In this document: in pieces, positions 37,317-48,550 of the stretch
How positions within the stretch are numbered: position 1 is the stretch's first letter
Layout: every line of letters begins with the position of its first letter
NCBI GenBank assembly: GCA_964036045.1
Contig: OZ038378.1
Span: forward strand, 65,906,001 to 65,970,000
Origin: Eutreptiella sp. 'Long Island Sound 2002'
Taxonomy: Eukaryota > Protista > Euglenida
Length of the DNA: 64,000 nucleotides
Direction of reading: 5' to 3'
Position numbers and translations under genes: made by a program
Notes under the pieces: model-generated
Databases searched by the model: none
Told to the model about the DNA's origin: nothing
Seen by the model: only the letters and a program-made list of their open reading frames with translations

Positions 37317-37559
37317 GACCAAATGCAACCACACAAGCACATCTACAACCACAACTGCATTCACAACCAGCAGAACCACCACGACGAAAACTACCACTTC
37401 AACCACAACTGTTGGTGCCACCACTCGCATTGCTGTTTACAAAAAAATTGAAGCAAAAGTGCTTTTCGTGCCCCGCGGAACATATTGTTTTACTATGGCT
37501 TCACAAGTCTTGTGTAGATAGTAATGTTGTATATTTGAAGATAGTTGATTTTTGAGGTT

Positions 37560-38297
37560 AGTCATTCGTATCAATTTGGTTACCAAGCCGCAAATCGTCA
37601 ATAGCATGAATAGGCCGGCCGACGTGCTCAGCTAGAAGGTAGCCAACCCGCGAGATTTTACGGATACCACATTCTAGCACTGGATTAAGCGAGTACCGGG
37701 TACCTATGTCGCCAAATGGGCTTCGGCCATGAATGTCGAGTGGTGGCAGGCAGGTCGCTATATTTCACAGTTGCTCAAGGGGATGGCCAACTTGCTGCAA
37801 ATTGGTTTAGCGGTTGAGAAGATTGTGGTTCTGGTTGTTGCTTGGGGGGAATGTGTGGCATGGCCTACGATTCAGAAAAACACAGATTCTGGCCTTGGGC
37901 TACAGAGGGCGGCGCCCCTCAGAGTGGGGCTCTGCACCACGTTCATTTTCTCCATCGTGACATTGCAGACCTCAAGCAAAAGCTAGCCGCAACTCCCTAG
38001 AAGTCGTCCGGGAAGTTGGGTTCGAAGATATACTTGGAGACCATACCCGACTAGACCACTGTGAAGCAATTCCTGGATGAAGGAGGTGGGGGTTGCTGAA
38101 TGGATGCACGAGCATAGAGCGTCGGCACTCAAACTAGGACGCAAGCCGATCCAACCACTGGTCAATTGGGGCTACATGGCACCACAAAGTGCTGAGTGAA
38201 GACTATTGGAAGGCACGGAGTGTGGCCATTTGCGTTTGGCCATTGACATGCATGGAGAGGTACGTGAGCTACCCTACTCCTCCGCTAGGGGGCCATG
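37560..38297 (+). mobile_element. YR retroelement copy B, left part (gag-like plus first part of YR, internally deleted)
   Basis: QLLKGMANLLQIGL matches DLLQGMAKLFQIGL (18474 ORF). ASALKLGRKPIQPL matches ATALRLGRKSIEPL. Confidence 0.65.
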
Positions 38298-38444
38298 CCT
38301 TGGGGACCTGCTAGAAACCCAATGGTGGTCTAGTAGAATGTCGTTCTTATTACAACAATTTGAACCCTTTTTTTTAGATCACCCCGTTGTTCTAACGGGT
38401 TACAACGCCGTCACTCAAGTTTTTGTTGTTTGCTCTCTCCAATT

Positions 38445-39490
38445 GGTGAGCTACCCACCCACCTTGTTCTGCTCAACGGCGGCACAAGTTAGCACGATGA
38501 CCGCGTTGGGGAGCTGTTGGGGCAGTGGGCTTCGTCGTCCCCGTGGACCCACCACCAATTTTTGTTTGGCGCAAAGGTCATCGGCCCACCTGTGCACAAG
38601 GTGGCGGGTAAGGTTGCCGTGGCACAATATGCCCGGTCCTTCCTCATGGTGTCCCTGTCCCTTACTGCCTCATTGAAGAGGGAGGCGCTTTGAGGGGCTA
38701 GACATACCGCTACCACGCACCTTATCAAGTGAATGTCCCCACCAAGCCTAAGTGTAGCCGCATCTTCACCTTCAAGACCCCGGTGGATTGTGCCCCAGTC
38801 AATGATACCATGGAAGGCGCGCAACGAAAGCGGTGCAACGTGATCTAACTACGATGTAACAAAACCGGTGTAATGACGTTCCAACAAAAGCAAGCAAAAT
38901 TCGCTAGAACGCGATGAGAACAACTAGTGCACCATTGCGTTGCAGTGTTGCGTACCTCCAATACGCGTTTCCAAAGGATTCAAAGGATTCCCATAATCGG
39001 CATCTGCTTGTCATCGCAATAGGCCAGCCCCACTGCCCACACATTGGCAAGGGAACGGCACAACCAACCCATGTTCACCAAGGATATTGTGATCTTGGTC
39101 CACAAAGTGCCCGCCACAGGGTAGCCATCCCGCCTAACAATGAATGCCATGGGAAAGAGCCTATCAACCCGCGACACCAACAGAGGCCGGTTGAATAGGT
39201 ACCTGATCTTGGAGTCCGAGGGCCACGGGAGCACTGTAGCGCAAGGATGGGTGGTGGATGTCAGCGGATCCAGCTGCAAGGGGATAAGCAGCTCCTTCCA
39301 CTTTAGGGCAAAGGCATTGCGTGTACACGGTGGGCCGACGTAGTAGTCCGCATTGTGTAACCATGGACCGATACCGGAGCTGCTGCAAGGTCATCAGCTC
39401 GGAGACCCACCGAAAGGTATTCTTCCGAGACCGCACGTGCGGCCGGATCATGCGCAAGACACGTGCTGCTTGGCTGGAGGCAAGTCATTG
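38445..39490 (-). pseudogene. E3 transposase N-terminal half (inverted)
   Basis: MAFIVRRDGYPVAGTLWTKITISLVNMG matches E2 LTFIVRGDAYPCAGGSWTQLSIGLLNHG. LRLGGDIHLIR matches LVIGGDQPFVR. Confidence 0.75.
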
Positions 39491-39496
39491 CAGTGT

Positions 39497-40310
39497 GCGG
39501 GATGTAGCGTAGCCCTGCTCCTTGTGATGCCCCGGGAGTGGATGGTCCCGTGCATTTTGCATCGCACCATGGCAATGGGTCTTCTGCTGCACAACTTCAA
39601 GTGGAAGGGCTATTTGCTACTTACAAGGTCTGCCCAGAAGGTGATCTTGCGGACCATAAGACAGGATGATCCATCCTCTACTCATGGAGTTGGGACGGGG
39701 AGGAGTCCACAGCTTGTTTGCTGCCAGCGCTGCTAGCGCGTCGGCTCCGCATCCCCACCACGGCTCTCAAGTATGCGGCGGTTGTGGCCATGGAGTTGCT
39801 GTTGCGGAATTTGTATAGGATGACTCAGAAAGGGGACTGTGTGTGTTGTGCGGCGACCAAGGAGTACCGCTTGCAATGTTGCCTCGGCACAATGTCAAAC
39901 TACATGGTTTTTGTGGAGTGGGATTGCGACTTGGTGTTGCGGGCTATTCGCCCATGGGGCTTAGGGACGTTCTCGGGGGATGTGTCGAAATCGCTTAACC
40001 GCAGGCACACAATGAGCATAGTGCGCGAGATGGAGGGTCATTTGCACATGATGGGCTGGCCGTGGGTGGCTTGCGGCAGCAAGCGGCGCTTGACCAGGGA
40101 GAGTGCATTGTTGGAGTAGTGCCTGTGGTGGGTATTTTTGTACTTCATCCATGTCATGGTCCATGGTTGTGCTTGGGTTTCAATATGTCGCGCCCTTGTG
40201 GCTGTGGAGGCAAAGATTACCGACATGGCACTCCACATACTACCTGTTTCTGTGACTGATGGCGCAACCCCCGGCCGGATTTGGCCACGAAGCGTGGGAG
40301 GCCATCATAT
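39497..40310 (+). pseudogene. E3 transposase C-terminal half
   Basis: MVPCILHRTMAMG, AVVAMELLLRNLY, SNYMVFVEWD and GTFSGDVSKSLN are collinear with the E2 transposase C-half. Confidence 0.75.
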
Positions 40311-40583
40311 AGGGTTGTTTTGATTGTGTTCTAATGAAACCGTTATTATTACGTTCTAACGAAACCAATTCCAACTCATGATCCGTTAGAAAACCGTTAG
40401 AACAATGTACCTTTCTTATAGGCCCCCACCGAAGCAGCCCGAGGGGCTTTGCAGGCGCTGCAGCCGGCCCCACCACATGACGAGCCATTGCACCCCCCCC
40501 CCCGAGGTGCAGCCATTTCATACCCCCCACCCCAAGCCTTTCCGAGGCACATCCCTTGTAGTTGCCCCCCCCCCCCCCCCGGC

Positions 40584-41010
40584 AGCACTACTGATTATGC
40601 AAGCATAGCACAATAAAGGCTCATCAGAATTAGGCTGAACAACACACGAGAGTGTAATGTGCAATGAATCGCCAAGATCGAAATGAGAGCTGAGACTGCT
40701 AAAAACTACACTACACATCTCGCTGATGCACGTGTACAAAGCAATGAAAATTACATCGTGTCACGCGCGACCTGTGCTGTCGGCCACCTTTCGCCTAAAA
40801 CGATTGTGGCTGAAAAAACAGCCTTGCATATCGCTGCTCAAATGGTAGATCAGACGGTAGTGGCAGTGCATGTTGAAAAACACGAACTGACAGAAAACCG
40901 AGAAAAAACAATGAAAAAATAGAAAAACAAAGAAAAAATAGAGAGCATAGATAAAGATGACAAAAACCAGGGAAAAAAACCCATTCGGAACCGAATGTTC
41001 CCATTGTCAT
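40584..41010 (-). repeat. 3' pseudo-LTR (427-bp direct repeat)
   Basis: Near-identical to 48124-48550. Confidence 0.95.
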
Positions 41011-41887
41011 CCCACCAACCCAGGGCAAAACAATGGGTACAAAATCCAAAACAGTTCACTCAAGGACCGAACTAACTCAGGTGTAGACATAGACAAAACG
41101 GAATTGTCCTATGTCCCGGTGTTTGTGCATGGGTGATCCCTCAGGGCCTCAGGGCCCTCACCCGGTCTTCATTGGAAGGTTGCATGGTGTTTCAGAGGTT
41201 CATACATCTCTGTAACGTCATGGGCGATATGTCGATGCCATGTACAGCCCACCTGCCATGCAGAGTGTAAATCCTGAATCGCCACAATCACCCCATGGCG
41301 ATGGAGCCCATGCCAGAACTTAGGTATAACGTTGCGAATGGTCTTAAAACCCAGTTCCCAACATACAGAACGTACATTAGCAGCCACATCAGAAGGTGAT
41401 AACGCCCAGAGCGGACATTTAGAGGCGCAGCCAGGTATTAGAGACGTCATCACACTTTTGCAGTTGAGAGACCGGGGGTCGGGCCACCTTCTGAATGGTT
41501 TTGAGTTCCGTGTCGCCTGATCCAGCGTCTTACACCGCACCTGCATGCTGAGGCCATTCCCAGTAACATAGATTGTGCTCTCAAGTACATCCATTTGGTA
41601 GCCGAAACCTTCAACCTGCACAGGCATAGTATACAGTTCGCTCCGGCTGTCACACCATTCTTGTATGAACGGAAACACAGATCCTGGTGGCCCACACACG
41701 TAGATGTTATCCTTGTAGCGTGTGTGAAAGACGCTATCACCAAACAGAGAGAGGCGTGTGTTGTGCATTTCCTTGCACATGAAAAATAGGGAAGAGAGTT
41801 GGCTGGATAGTTTGCCCCCCATAGGTAGACCTCGGTGTTGCGACATAACATAACCCCCTGCTCAGAACAGGTTGTTAAACCTGAGCT

Positions 41888-43306
41888 CACGGGGGGCGCT
41901 CCTGGTCAGGACCCGACCCCAAAGGGGGGGGGGGCTCTACGGACCCCAAAATTGTCGCACGGAACAAGGTGCCTTGTCGGCGCCGGAGGCGCCGGAGATT
42001 TTGTTTTAGGCATACGGCAGGGGGAATTTTTCTTGTTCCACCCTATGTGTCTATACTCAAAATACTCAGAATTTTGTGGAGAATTCAAAAATGGCTGAAA
42101 AGCACAAAAAAGGTTATGTAGCCACCTTGTGGGCCACTTCTGATTTTGCCCCCCGCTCTGCAGCGGTGGGGCTCCCCGATACGGCAGGGGTGAGGTAGCC
42201 AATTTGCCCACTTTGTGGGCCACTTCTGATTTAGTCCCCCGCTCTGCAGCGGTGGGGCTCCCCGATACGGCAGGTGTGAGGTAGCCAATTTGCCCACTTT
42301 GTGGGCCACTTCTGATTTTGTCCCCCGCTCTGCAGCGATGGGGCTCCCCGATACGGCAGGGATGAGGTAGCCAATTTGCCCACTTTGTGGGCCACTTCTG
42401 ATTTTGCCCCCCGCTCTGCAGCGGTGGGGCTCCCCGATACGGCAGGGGTGAGGTAGCCAATTTGCCCACTTTGTGGGCCACTTCTGATTTTGTCCCCCGC
42501 TCTGCAGCGGTGGGGCTCCCCGATGCGGCAGGGGTGAGGTAGCCAATTTGCCCACTTTGTGGGCCACTTCTGATTTTGCCCCCCGCTCTGCAGCGGTGGG
42601 GCTCCCCGATACGGCAGGGGTGAGGTAGCCAATTTGCCCACTTTGTGGGCCACTTCTGATTTAGTCCCCCGCTCTGCAGCGGTGGGGCTCCCCGATTTTT
42701 CATGCACGCTTCAATGCGGTCGCATATTGCTGGGCATTTTCTGCGAGGCCATAGGTGGGCCGGCCAAGAGGGTGCGGATAAAGGCGCATTTTGCTTGTGG
42801 TGTGGCAACACAGATGGCAAGTGCAGCACAAGAGCACAAGCAGCCCGGCCAAAGAAGCGTGCTCGCCCCAAGAGTACCGGCAAGAGGGCACGCGACGAGT
42901 GGGAGGATGATTCCGAAGCTTGAGGCCACTCCCCTCCCTTCGCTTCTCTCTCTCTCTCTCTCTCTCTATATGTCTGTGGCTCCCTTCGCTTCTCTACATA
43001 TATGTCTGTGGTTTGTGACAAGGGGAAGGAAAGGCCTTTGGGCGAACTCAAGGCAACATTCAATACTACTCTGAAAGTGCTGCAGTGCAGCAAAACAATG
43101 ACCATTCACAGTGCATCTTGTTAGCTTTATGTGTTTGCGCGCTTGGACGGGGCCTGCCGGAAAAGGTGCTGGGTTTGGGTCAACCAAGGGGGGGGGGAGG
43201 GGTCCCCCCCCCCCTTCGGAGGGGGGTGGGGTCCCCCCCCCCCTACAGCCCCCCAAACTGTCGAACACCCCTCGGGGTCACACATTGGCTGGCGGCCGCC
43301 CCCGTG
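41888..43306. mobile_element. 1419-bp non-autonomous TIR element with 8-bp TSD
   Basis: Ends CACGGGGGGCG and CGCCCCCGTG; cctgagct duplicated at 41880-41887 and 43307-43314. Confidence 0.9.
42115..42695 (+). repeat. 86-bp tandem repeat, ~7 copies
   Basis: gtgggccacttctgatt at 42129, 42215, 42301, 42387, 42473, 42559 and 42645. Confidence 0.95.
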
Positions 43307-44148
43307 CCTGAGCTCGAAATCAACAAAATCGCGTAGCGTAGCAACAGGGATATAATGGTATGTATCCATACCGGGTGCTTGGTGTAGGCAGTCAAATTTC
43401 TTGTCAATAGTGGAGATAGACACGAAACGAACCGACTTACACCTGCTGGGGTAGCGTCCATTCCCGGGGGGGGCAAAATGATCCAGTCGTTCAATCATAT
43501 AATCAAACGACTCCAACAGGAGTCCCTTGTCAATATTCAGAAACATGTCCTCAAGATCAAGTTCCCCCAATTCCCACAAACCGGTGTCGCCATGTTGGTT
43601 TAACATGCTGTCATGCACGTGGCGAAAATGTTGCAACACATCGGGCATAGTGAAGGCCTCACTGTTTTCAGGCATGGATGCCAGCCGATCCACTAGTACA
43701 CTCAGGGCCCGGCTCATCTGGGTACCGAGGCGCTGCAGGGGGTGGCCCGCATGTGATATAATAGGGCGCACCTTGATGTAGCCAATGGCCTCACAGGATT
43801 TATGCTTCACGTACAACATGCAGTATGGGGCACACCGCTTGCCCCAGTTCCGTGGGACATACATACCCATCCCTGCGCATATGCACTTTCCACAATGTGG
43901 GACAGAACAAAAGACTCGGCCAGGGCAGGGTCGTCATACGTTTGCACACAGGTGTAACGTGGACTATCTATGATGTGCTGTTTGAACAACTGTGCGCGTA
44001 GGACGCCACAGTGGGCTATTGGTACACCCACGTTTTTGTCCAAGGGCCCCCAGAAAAGCCATGGGTGCGTGCCTCGGACGTTGTGTACAGTGTGTGGGTG
44101 TATGCGTAGATCAGTTTGTGCCTCTAGTGTCTTGTACATGGTTTTGCC

Positions 44149-46714
44149 CTACTCCCAAAATGCATGCTTCATGGCCAGCCAAAGCTGTGAACCTAGCTGG
44201 GGCAAAGCACGCGACAAAATTGATGTTGTGTCATGGACACATTGGAAAAACACATGGGGTGTAGGCAACGTGGCATTTTGCATGCATTGGGCCAGAGTCC
44301 TGCGGTGGAGCATGTCAGGAAAAAGATGAACTACCCCAGGGTCCGTTGCACGAATCACAACATGGTTTAAAGCGGCAGGTCGGCAGATACCTGGGTACTG
44401 GGCGCACGGGCAGGTAGCATTCATTGCGTGTTGTAGGGTGGCTGGTGTGTATGTATACCGTAGGCGGTACAGTAGTGCGCCTACAGTCAGAGTGCGTCGT
44501 GGCTTGATGGTGACTCTGTTCATATAGTACTGCTTGCGGCAGCGTGGTGCAGGGCTCCTGCTGATGACAGACTTCGTCATATCTACAAAGGGCCCGCACG
44601 ACTGTCGGCAGGATCCTGGCAGGCGTATGGGGATCTCCTTGAAAAGAGATACCTTCTGGTAGGCTCACTCTCTCCTAAGTCGTGTTCTGACCTTATCAAA
44701 CAATTGGCGCCACATGCGTACACTAACTCGGTTCTCCGATACGGCAACTAAACTGAGTGCCTCCTTGGCGCTAAGTGTAGATCTTTGTCCCATAACCTCG
44801 GTGCGTACCAAAGAAGTGTGTGGGAAAATGGGCCGCAAGTGCCAGGCCTCCCTTCAAAAGTTGCAAGTATTTGGGTGAGCTACGGGACGGACACATGGTG
44901 TTCACATTACGAGGCACGGCCCTGAGCCAACGGGTTTCACGTAGCATACAATCCGAAGGCATAGCCATCTCCACAGGGACCAGGACCCAGTTGTGTGCCC
45001 CAATGGATGCCATCAGAGCATACATTTGGGCCATACCCCACCGTTTATATTTCCCTCTAGAAAATTTTTTTAGGGCCCACAGTATTTTTCCAAGGTGTTC
45101 CTTGGCACGATCAAAAACACGCCTCCCCTGGTGCCCTGAGTCGTAGCTGTTCCACTTTCGTTTGCGATGCCGGTGAAAATATTGGATGGCCCCTGCACAA
45201 CCAATGTATATGGCTCCCAGTTCCATACAAAATAGTATGTACACACATGGTCCACGACAAAAAACGCTACAGGGACTATACGTGGCGCCCATCAGGTAGC
45301 AAACGCGTTGAACCCAGGTGGCCGGGCAACACCCCAGAATTTTTCCGACTCGGTCGAAGGAATGGCCGACGGCGTCCCAGTTCCTAACACCATCGAGCGC
45401 ACGTGCACGGAGGTCGCACTCATGTTTCCACATGTTTTTCCAATCAGCACGCACCAGTGAGATATTCATGCGCTCACAAATACGCAACAATGATGGATGG
45501 TATGCACTGTCATACCGGGTTTTCAAAGTGTGGGCAAGAAAAGTGTGGGCATCAGGAGACAGTATGGGCCACAACATTTTTGCAGGCTTATTTTCAACAA
45601 GAATGATGCGTACCTGATGGTCCGTTGGGCCCACCATGGTTGGGTAGAACAAATCAAACTTCTCCACACAAGCAATAGCGCCACCATGGAAAATAGATGC
45701 TTGTCGCACACACCAATGCCAAAAAGCCGTACACGACGCCGCAACTATGAATAGTACACGGCAAGGTGTGGTGGAATACCATAGGGCCGGTAGTCGAGAC
45801 TCGGCATAAATGGCGCTCCGGCTATCGTCATGCAGGACACAAATGAGGGCATTGACGCCGTGTGCACGTGTAATAGATGTAGTGTCGTATGGGGCGTCCA
45901 CAAAAAGTGGGGAGCAGTACAAGCGAAAAGCGGTGACACAAGCGGTAGTACCAACCTGCATGCAGGTCCCAAACGTAGCATCGAAGACATGGGCCATTTC
46001 GTAGGAAATCGACGCCAAGTGCGACGGCTCGTAAAGGCCCAACACCAGGTATTCATAGTCTTCCCAAGAGTCCAAAAACTCTTTAATTAGGGGCCTCGTT
46101 GCCTGGAACCATGAGGATGTTTCCCGCTTGGCAGCGTACAAACTCTAGCCTTTAAGTAAGAGGGGGTGGTGAAATAGCATGGACCGAAAACGTCGCAAAA
46201 GCGCGTTGTCCACGTGTGACATGGGGATGGATTCATGAACAGGGAAAATAAAATGGCGTTGGGGCACATTTTTATGAAACCAATGGGCGGAGATCTTGGG
46301 ACATTGTCTATTTAGAGTATCTTGTACAAGGGTACGTTCCATGTCACAAATGGACGCTTCCCATTTCTTAATTTCGGTGGCAATGGATGCCATGTCATTA
46401 CGGAAAGGGAGTGTACTCGCACGGAGATCATTCACAAAATGGTCAAACCCATATGCTTCAATCTCCAAAGCACCCACACTACCTGAGGGCATGCACAAAC
46501 GATGTCAATAGTCGTGTTCCTGATGCACATAAGGATGCGCCGATCTTCGCGAGAGCCCGGAGCGAGTTCTGCGTGACGGTCCGGGCTCATCCACTTGTGC
46601 GGCTCGTGAATTGCGGCCTTGCGTGTCGGGTACGTCCGAGGCGGCGTTGCCTTTTCCACATTTTCCACCCTTTCCCAAAAGTTTAGCCATACGGTCGACA
46701 ATATTATCCTCCAA
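44149..46714 (-). pseudogene. GIY-YIG endonuclease and CxC linker of the Penelope-like element
   Basis: CVYILFCMELGAIYIG...RAKEH...LRETRW...NVN at ~44900-45250; TCPCAQYPG...NHVVIRATD at ~44340-44415. ORFs 46505-46714, 46145-46498 and 44771-46141 share one frame, separated by single stops. Confidence 0.8.
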
Positions 46715-48042
46715 AGCATCAACCTTATTGGCGTAGGTGTCAAACTTTTGGGTGAGTTGGTGGAGTTTGGCCTTTTGATCGGTAATATCCTTGGTAACCG
46801 CATCGCGCCATTGCTCATCAGCATCACGGTTGGACTTCCAGCGGCGTTCGGCGGCCGCAACGAGCTGCTTCGCGTAGCGCGAGGATGGGTTGGTGTCATG
46901 TCCATCGGACGATGGTCCATCTTGTCCAATGTCGTTGCCCGCGGCATCAACATCAACAATTGTTTCTTTCGCTTCTTTGGCACGGGTACGGGCACCAGTG
47001 TTTGTGGTCGCCGTGGCGGCTCCTTATCCTCATCCATACCGTCACTCACATCCAGGGTTTCAACATTTTCCAATTCAATATTGTCTTTGTCTTCATCAAC
47101 ACAAATGTCTTGTGAATCTACATCATGGTGATGTTTGGCTCTCTTTCGTGACCCAACTTCCTTCTTCTTCTCTTTCCTTTTGCTCATCTTCGCCTTCTTC
47201 TTCTTCCTTCTCTTATTTTTCCGGCTCCGTGAAGTATCATCTTCACTTGTGCTATCGATGTCGCTCGTGGAGGTAGAATCGGATGATGATGAGGAACTAC
47301 TAGATGAGGTTGTTGAGTCCGAATCACTTGAATCGCTAGAATCATCATGTCGGAGTTTCACACGAAATTTCCGTTGTGCACCCGGGTCAAGGCCTTTAAG
47401 GATACACTTGACATCTTTTGTGGACGCTTTGTTAGCCACAATGCCAAAGTCCCCAATTTTGCCCTTCTTCAAACATTTCAAGGCATCTTCTAGATGAGTA
47501 GAATCATTGAAAAAACAAAGGCAAACGACATACAGGATGTTAGAACCCGGTGATTTGTAAGGATACACAATAGTGCAATTGGGCAATTTTTTGCGAAGGT
47601 CTTCAAGCGTCTCCGGCGAGGTGGTTGCGGGAAGACCGGCCAATACAGCGGCATGCTTCGTGTTCTTAGGTGCGTTCAACTTGAAATGGGATATCCCCGC
47701 CACCGCGGAGAAAAGACGGTGTTCATGTTCGCGTTGTATGAGGCCACGTGCTTCATATTCAAGGTCACGAATACCGAACAATTTTCTACGGGCCTTGCAC
47801 TTATCAGAGCGGTGTTGAGGAGAGCCACAATGGTGGCATAGGGAGAAGTCAATATCATGGGCGGAAACTTGCTTTTTCTTGTTCGTGTCATGGTAGGCGT
47901 TCTTGTCATAGTAGGCATCCTTCCATGATGAATCACGCCATTGCCATGATTGGCCACCTTTTCCGCCCTTTCCTTTGCGTCTTCCTTTGCCTTTACCATT
48001 GCCATATCCGTTGCGTGAATAGTAACTCGACATATCCGCCAA
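46432..48042 (-). CDS. N-terminal region (or ORF1) of the Penelope-like element: CCHC knuckle, RRM-like segment, S/D- and K-rich tracts
   Basis: CHHCGSPQHRSDKC (CX2CX4HX4C); AAVLAGLPATTSPETLEDL...LYVVCLCF resembles an RRM. An apparent frameshift near 47020 leads into a coiled coil that is in the endonuclease frame. Confidence 0.65.
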   Translation of the reverse strand: MADMSSYYSRNGYGNGKGKGRRKGKGGKGGQSWQWRDSSWKDAYYDKNAYHDTNKKKQVSAHDIDFSLCHHCGSPQHRSDKCKARRKLFGIRDLEYEARGLIQREHEHRLFSAVAGISHFKLNAPKNTKHAAVLAGLPATTSPETLEDLRKKLPNCTIVYPYKSPGSNILYVVCLCFFNDSTHLEDALKCLKKGKIGDFGIVANKASTKDVKCILKGLDPGAQRKFRVKLRHDDSSDSSDSDSTTSSSSSSSSSDSTSTSDIDSTSEDDTSRSRKNKRRKKKKAKMSKRKEKKKEVGSRKRAKHHHDVDSQDICVDEDKDNIELENVETLDVSDGMDEDKEPPRRPQTLVPVPVPKKRKKQLLMLMPRATTLDKMDHRPMDMTPTHPRATRSSSLRPPNAAGSPTVMLMSNGAMRLPRILPIKRPNSTNSPKSLTPTPIRLMLWRIILSTVWLNFWERVENVEKATPPRTYPTRKAAIHEPHKWMSPDRHAELAPGSREDRRILMCIRNTTIDIVCACPQVVWVLWRLKHMGLTIL

Positions 48043-48123
48043 TAGAGGTCAAAAGCGACGTCAATAGCGAATTGGTTTTATACTGTGGCGTTGGAAGTCG
48101 ACGCTGGCCAGCAGTATTGACGG

Positions 48124-48550
48124 AGCACTACTGATTATGCAAGCATAGCACAATAAAGGCTCATCAGAATTAGGCTGAACAACACAGGAGAGTGTAATGT
48201 GCAATGAATCGCCAAGATCGAAATGAGAGCTGAGATTGCTAAAAACTACACTACACATCTCGCTGATGCACGTGTACAAAGCAATGAAAACTACATCGTG
48301 TCACGCGCGACCTGTGCTGTCGGCCACCTTTCGCCTAAAACGATTGTGGCTGAAAAAACAGCCTTGCATATCGCTGCTCAAATGGTAGATCAGACGGTAG
48401 TGGCAGTGAATGTTGAAAAACACGAACTGACAGAAAACCGAGAAAAAACAATGAAAAAGGAGAAAAACAAAGAAAAAATAGAGAGCATAGATAAAGATGA
48501 CAAAAACCAGGGAAAAAACCCCATTCGAAACCGAATCTTCCCACCGTCAT
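48124..48550 (-). repeat. 5' pseudo-LTR (427-bp direct repeat)
   Basis: Near-identical to 40584-41010. Confidence 0.95.

Larger units (their letters stand above)
41169..44139 (-). pseudogene. Penelope-type reverse transcriptase, split by the 41888-43306 insertion
   Basis: WGPLDKN, PYCMLYVKHK, KVRPIIS, ELDLEDMFLNID, QHRGLPMGGKLSSQLSSLF and RYKDNIY. Removing the insert restores the frame DFELRFNNLF*AGGYVMSQHRG. Confidence 0.9.
40584..48550 (-). mobile_element. Penelope-like retroelement, N-terminal-endonuclease (Naiad/Chlamys-type) organisation, with pseudo-LTRs
   Basis: GIY-YIG, then CxC linker, then RT on the minus strand, bracketed by 427-bp direct repeats. Confidence 0.85.

Noticed and set aside
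40600-40640. Hammerhead ribozyme in the pseudo-LTR (CTGATGA on the minus strand)
   Set aside because: No GAAA after a stem II and no convincing flanking stems by eye; a covariance search would be needed
42115-42695. CRISPR-like array
   Set aside because: Contiguous 86-bp units with no unique spacers, no cas genes, eukaryotic context; the same applies to the 31-bp array at 59345-59675
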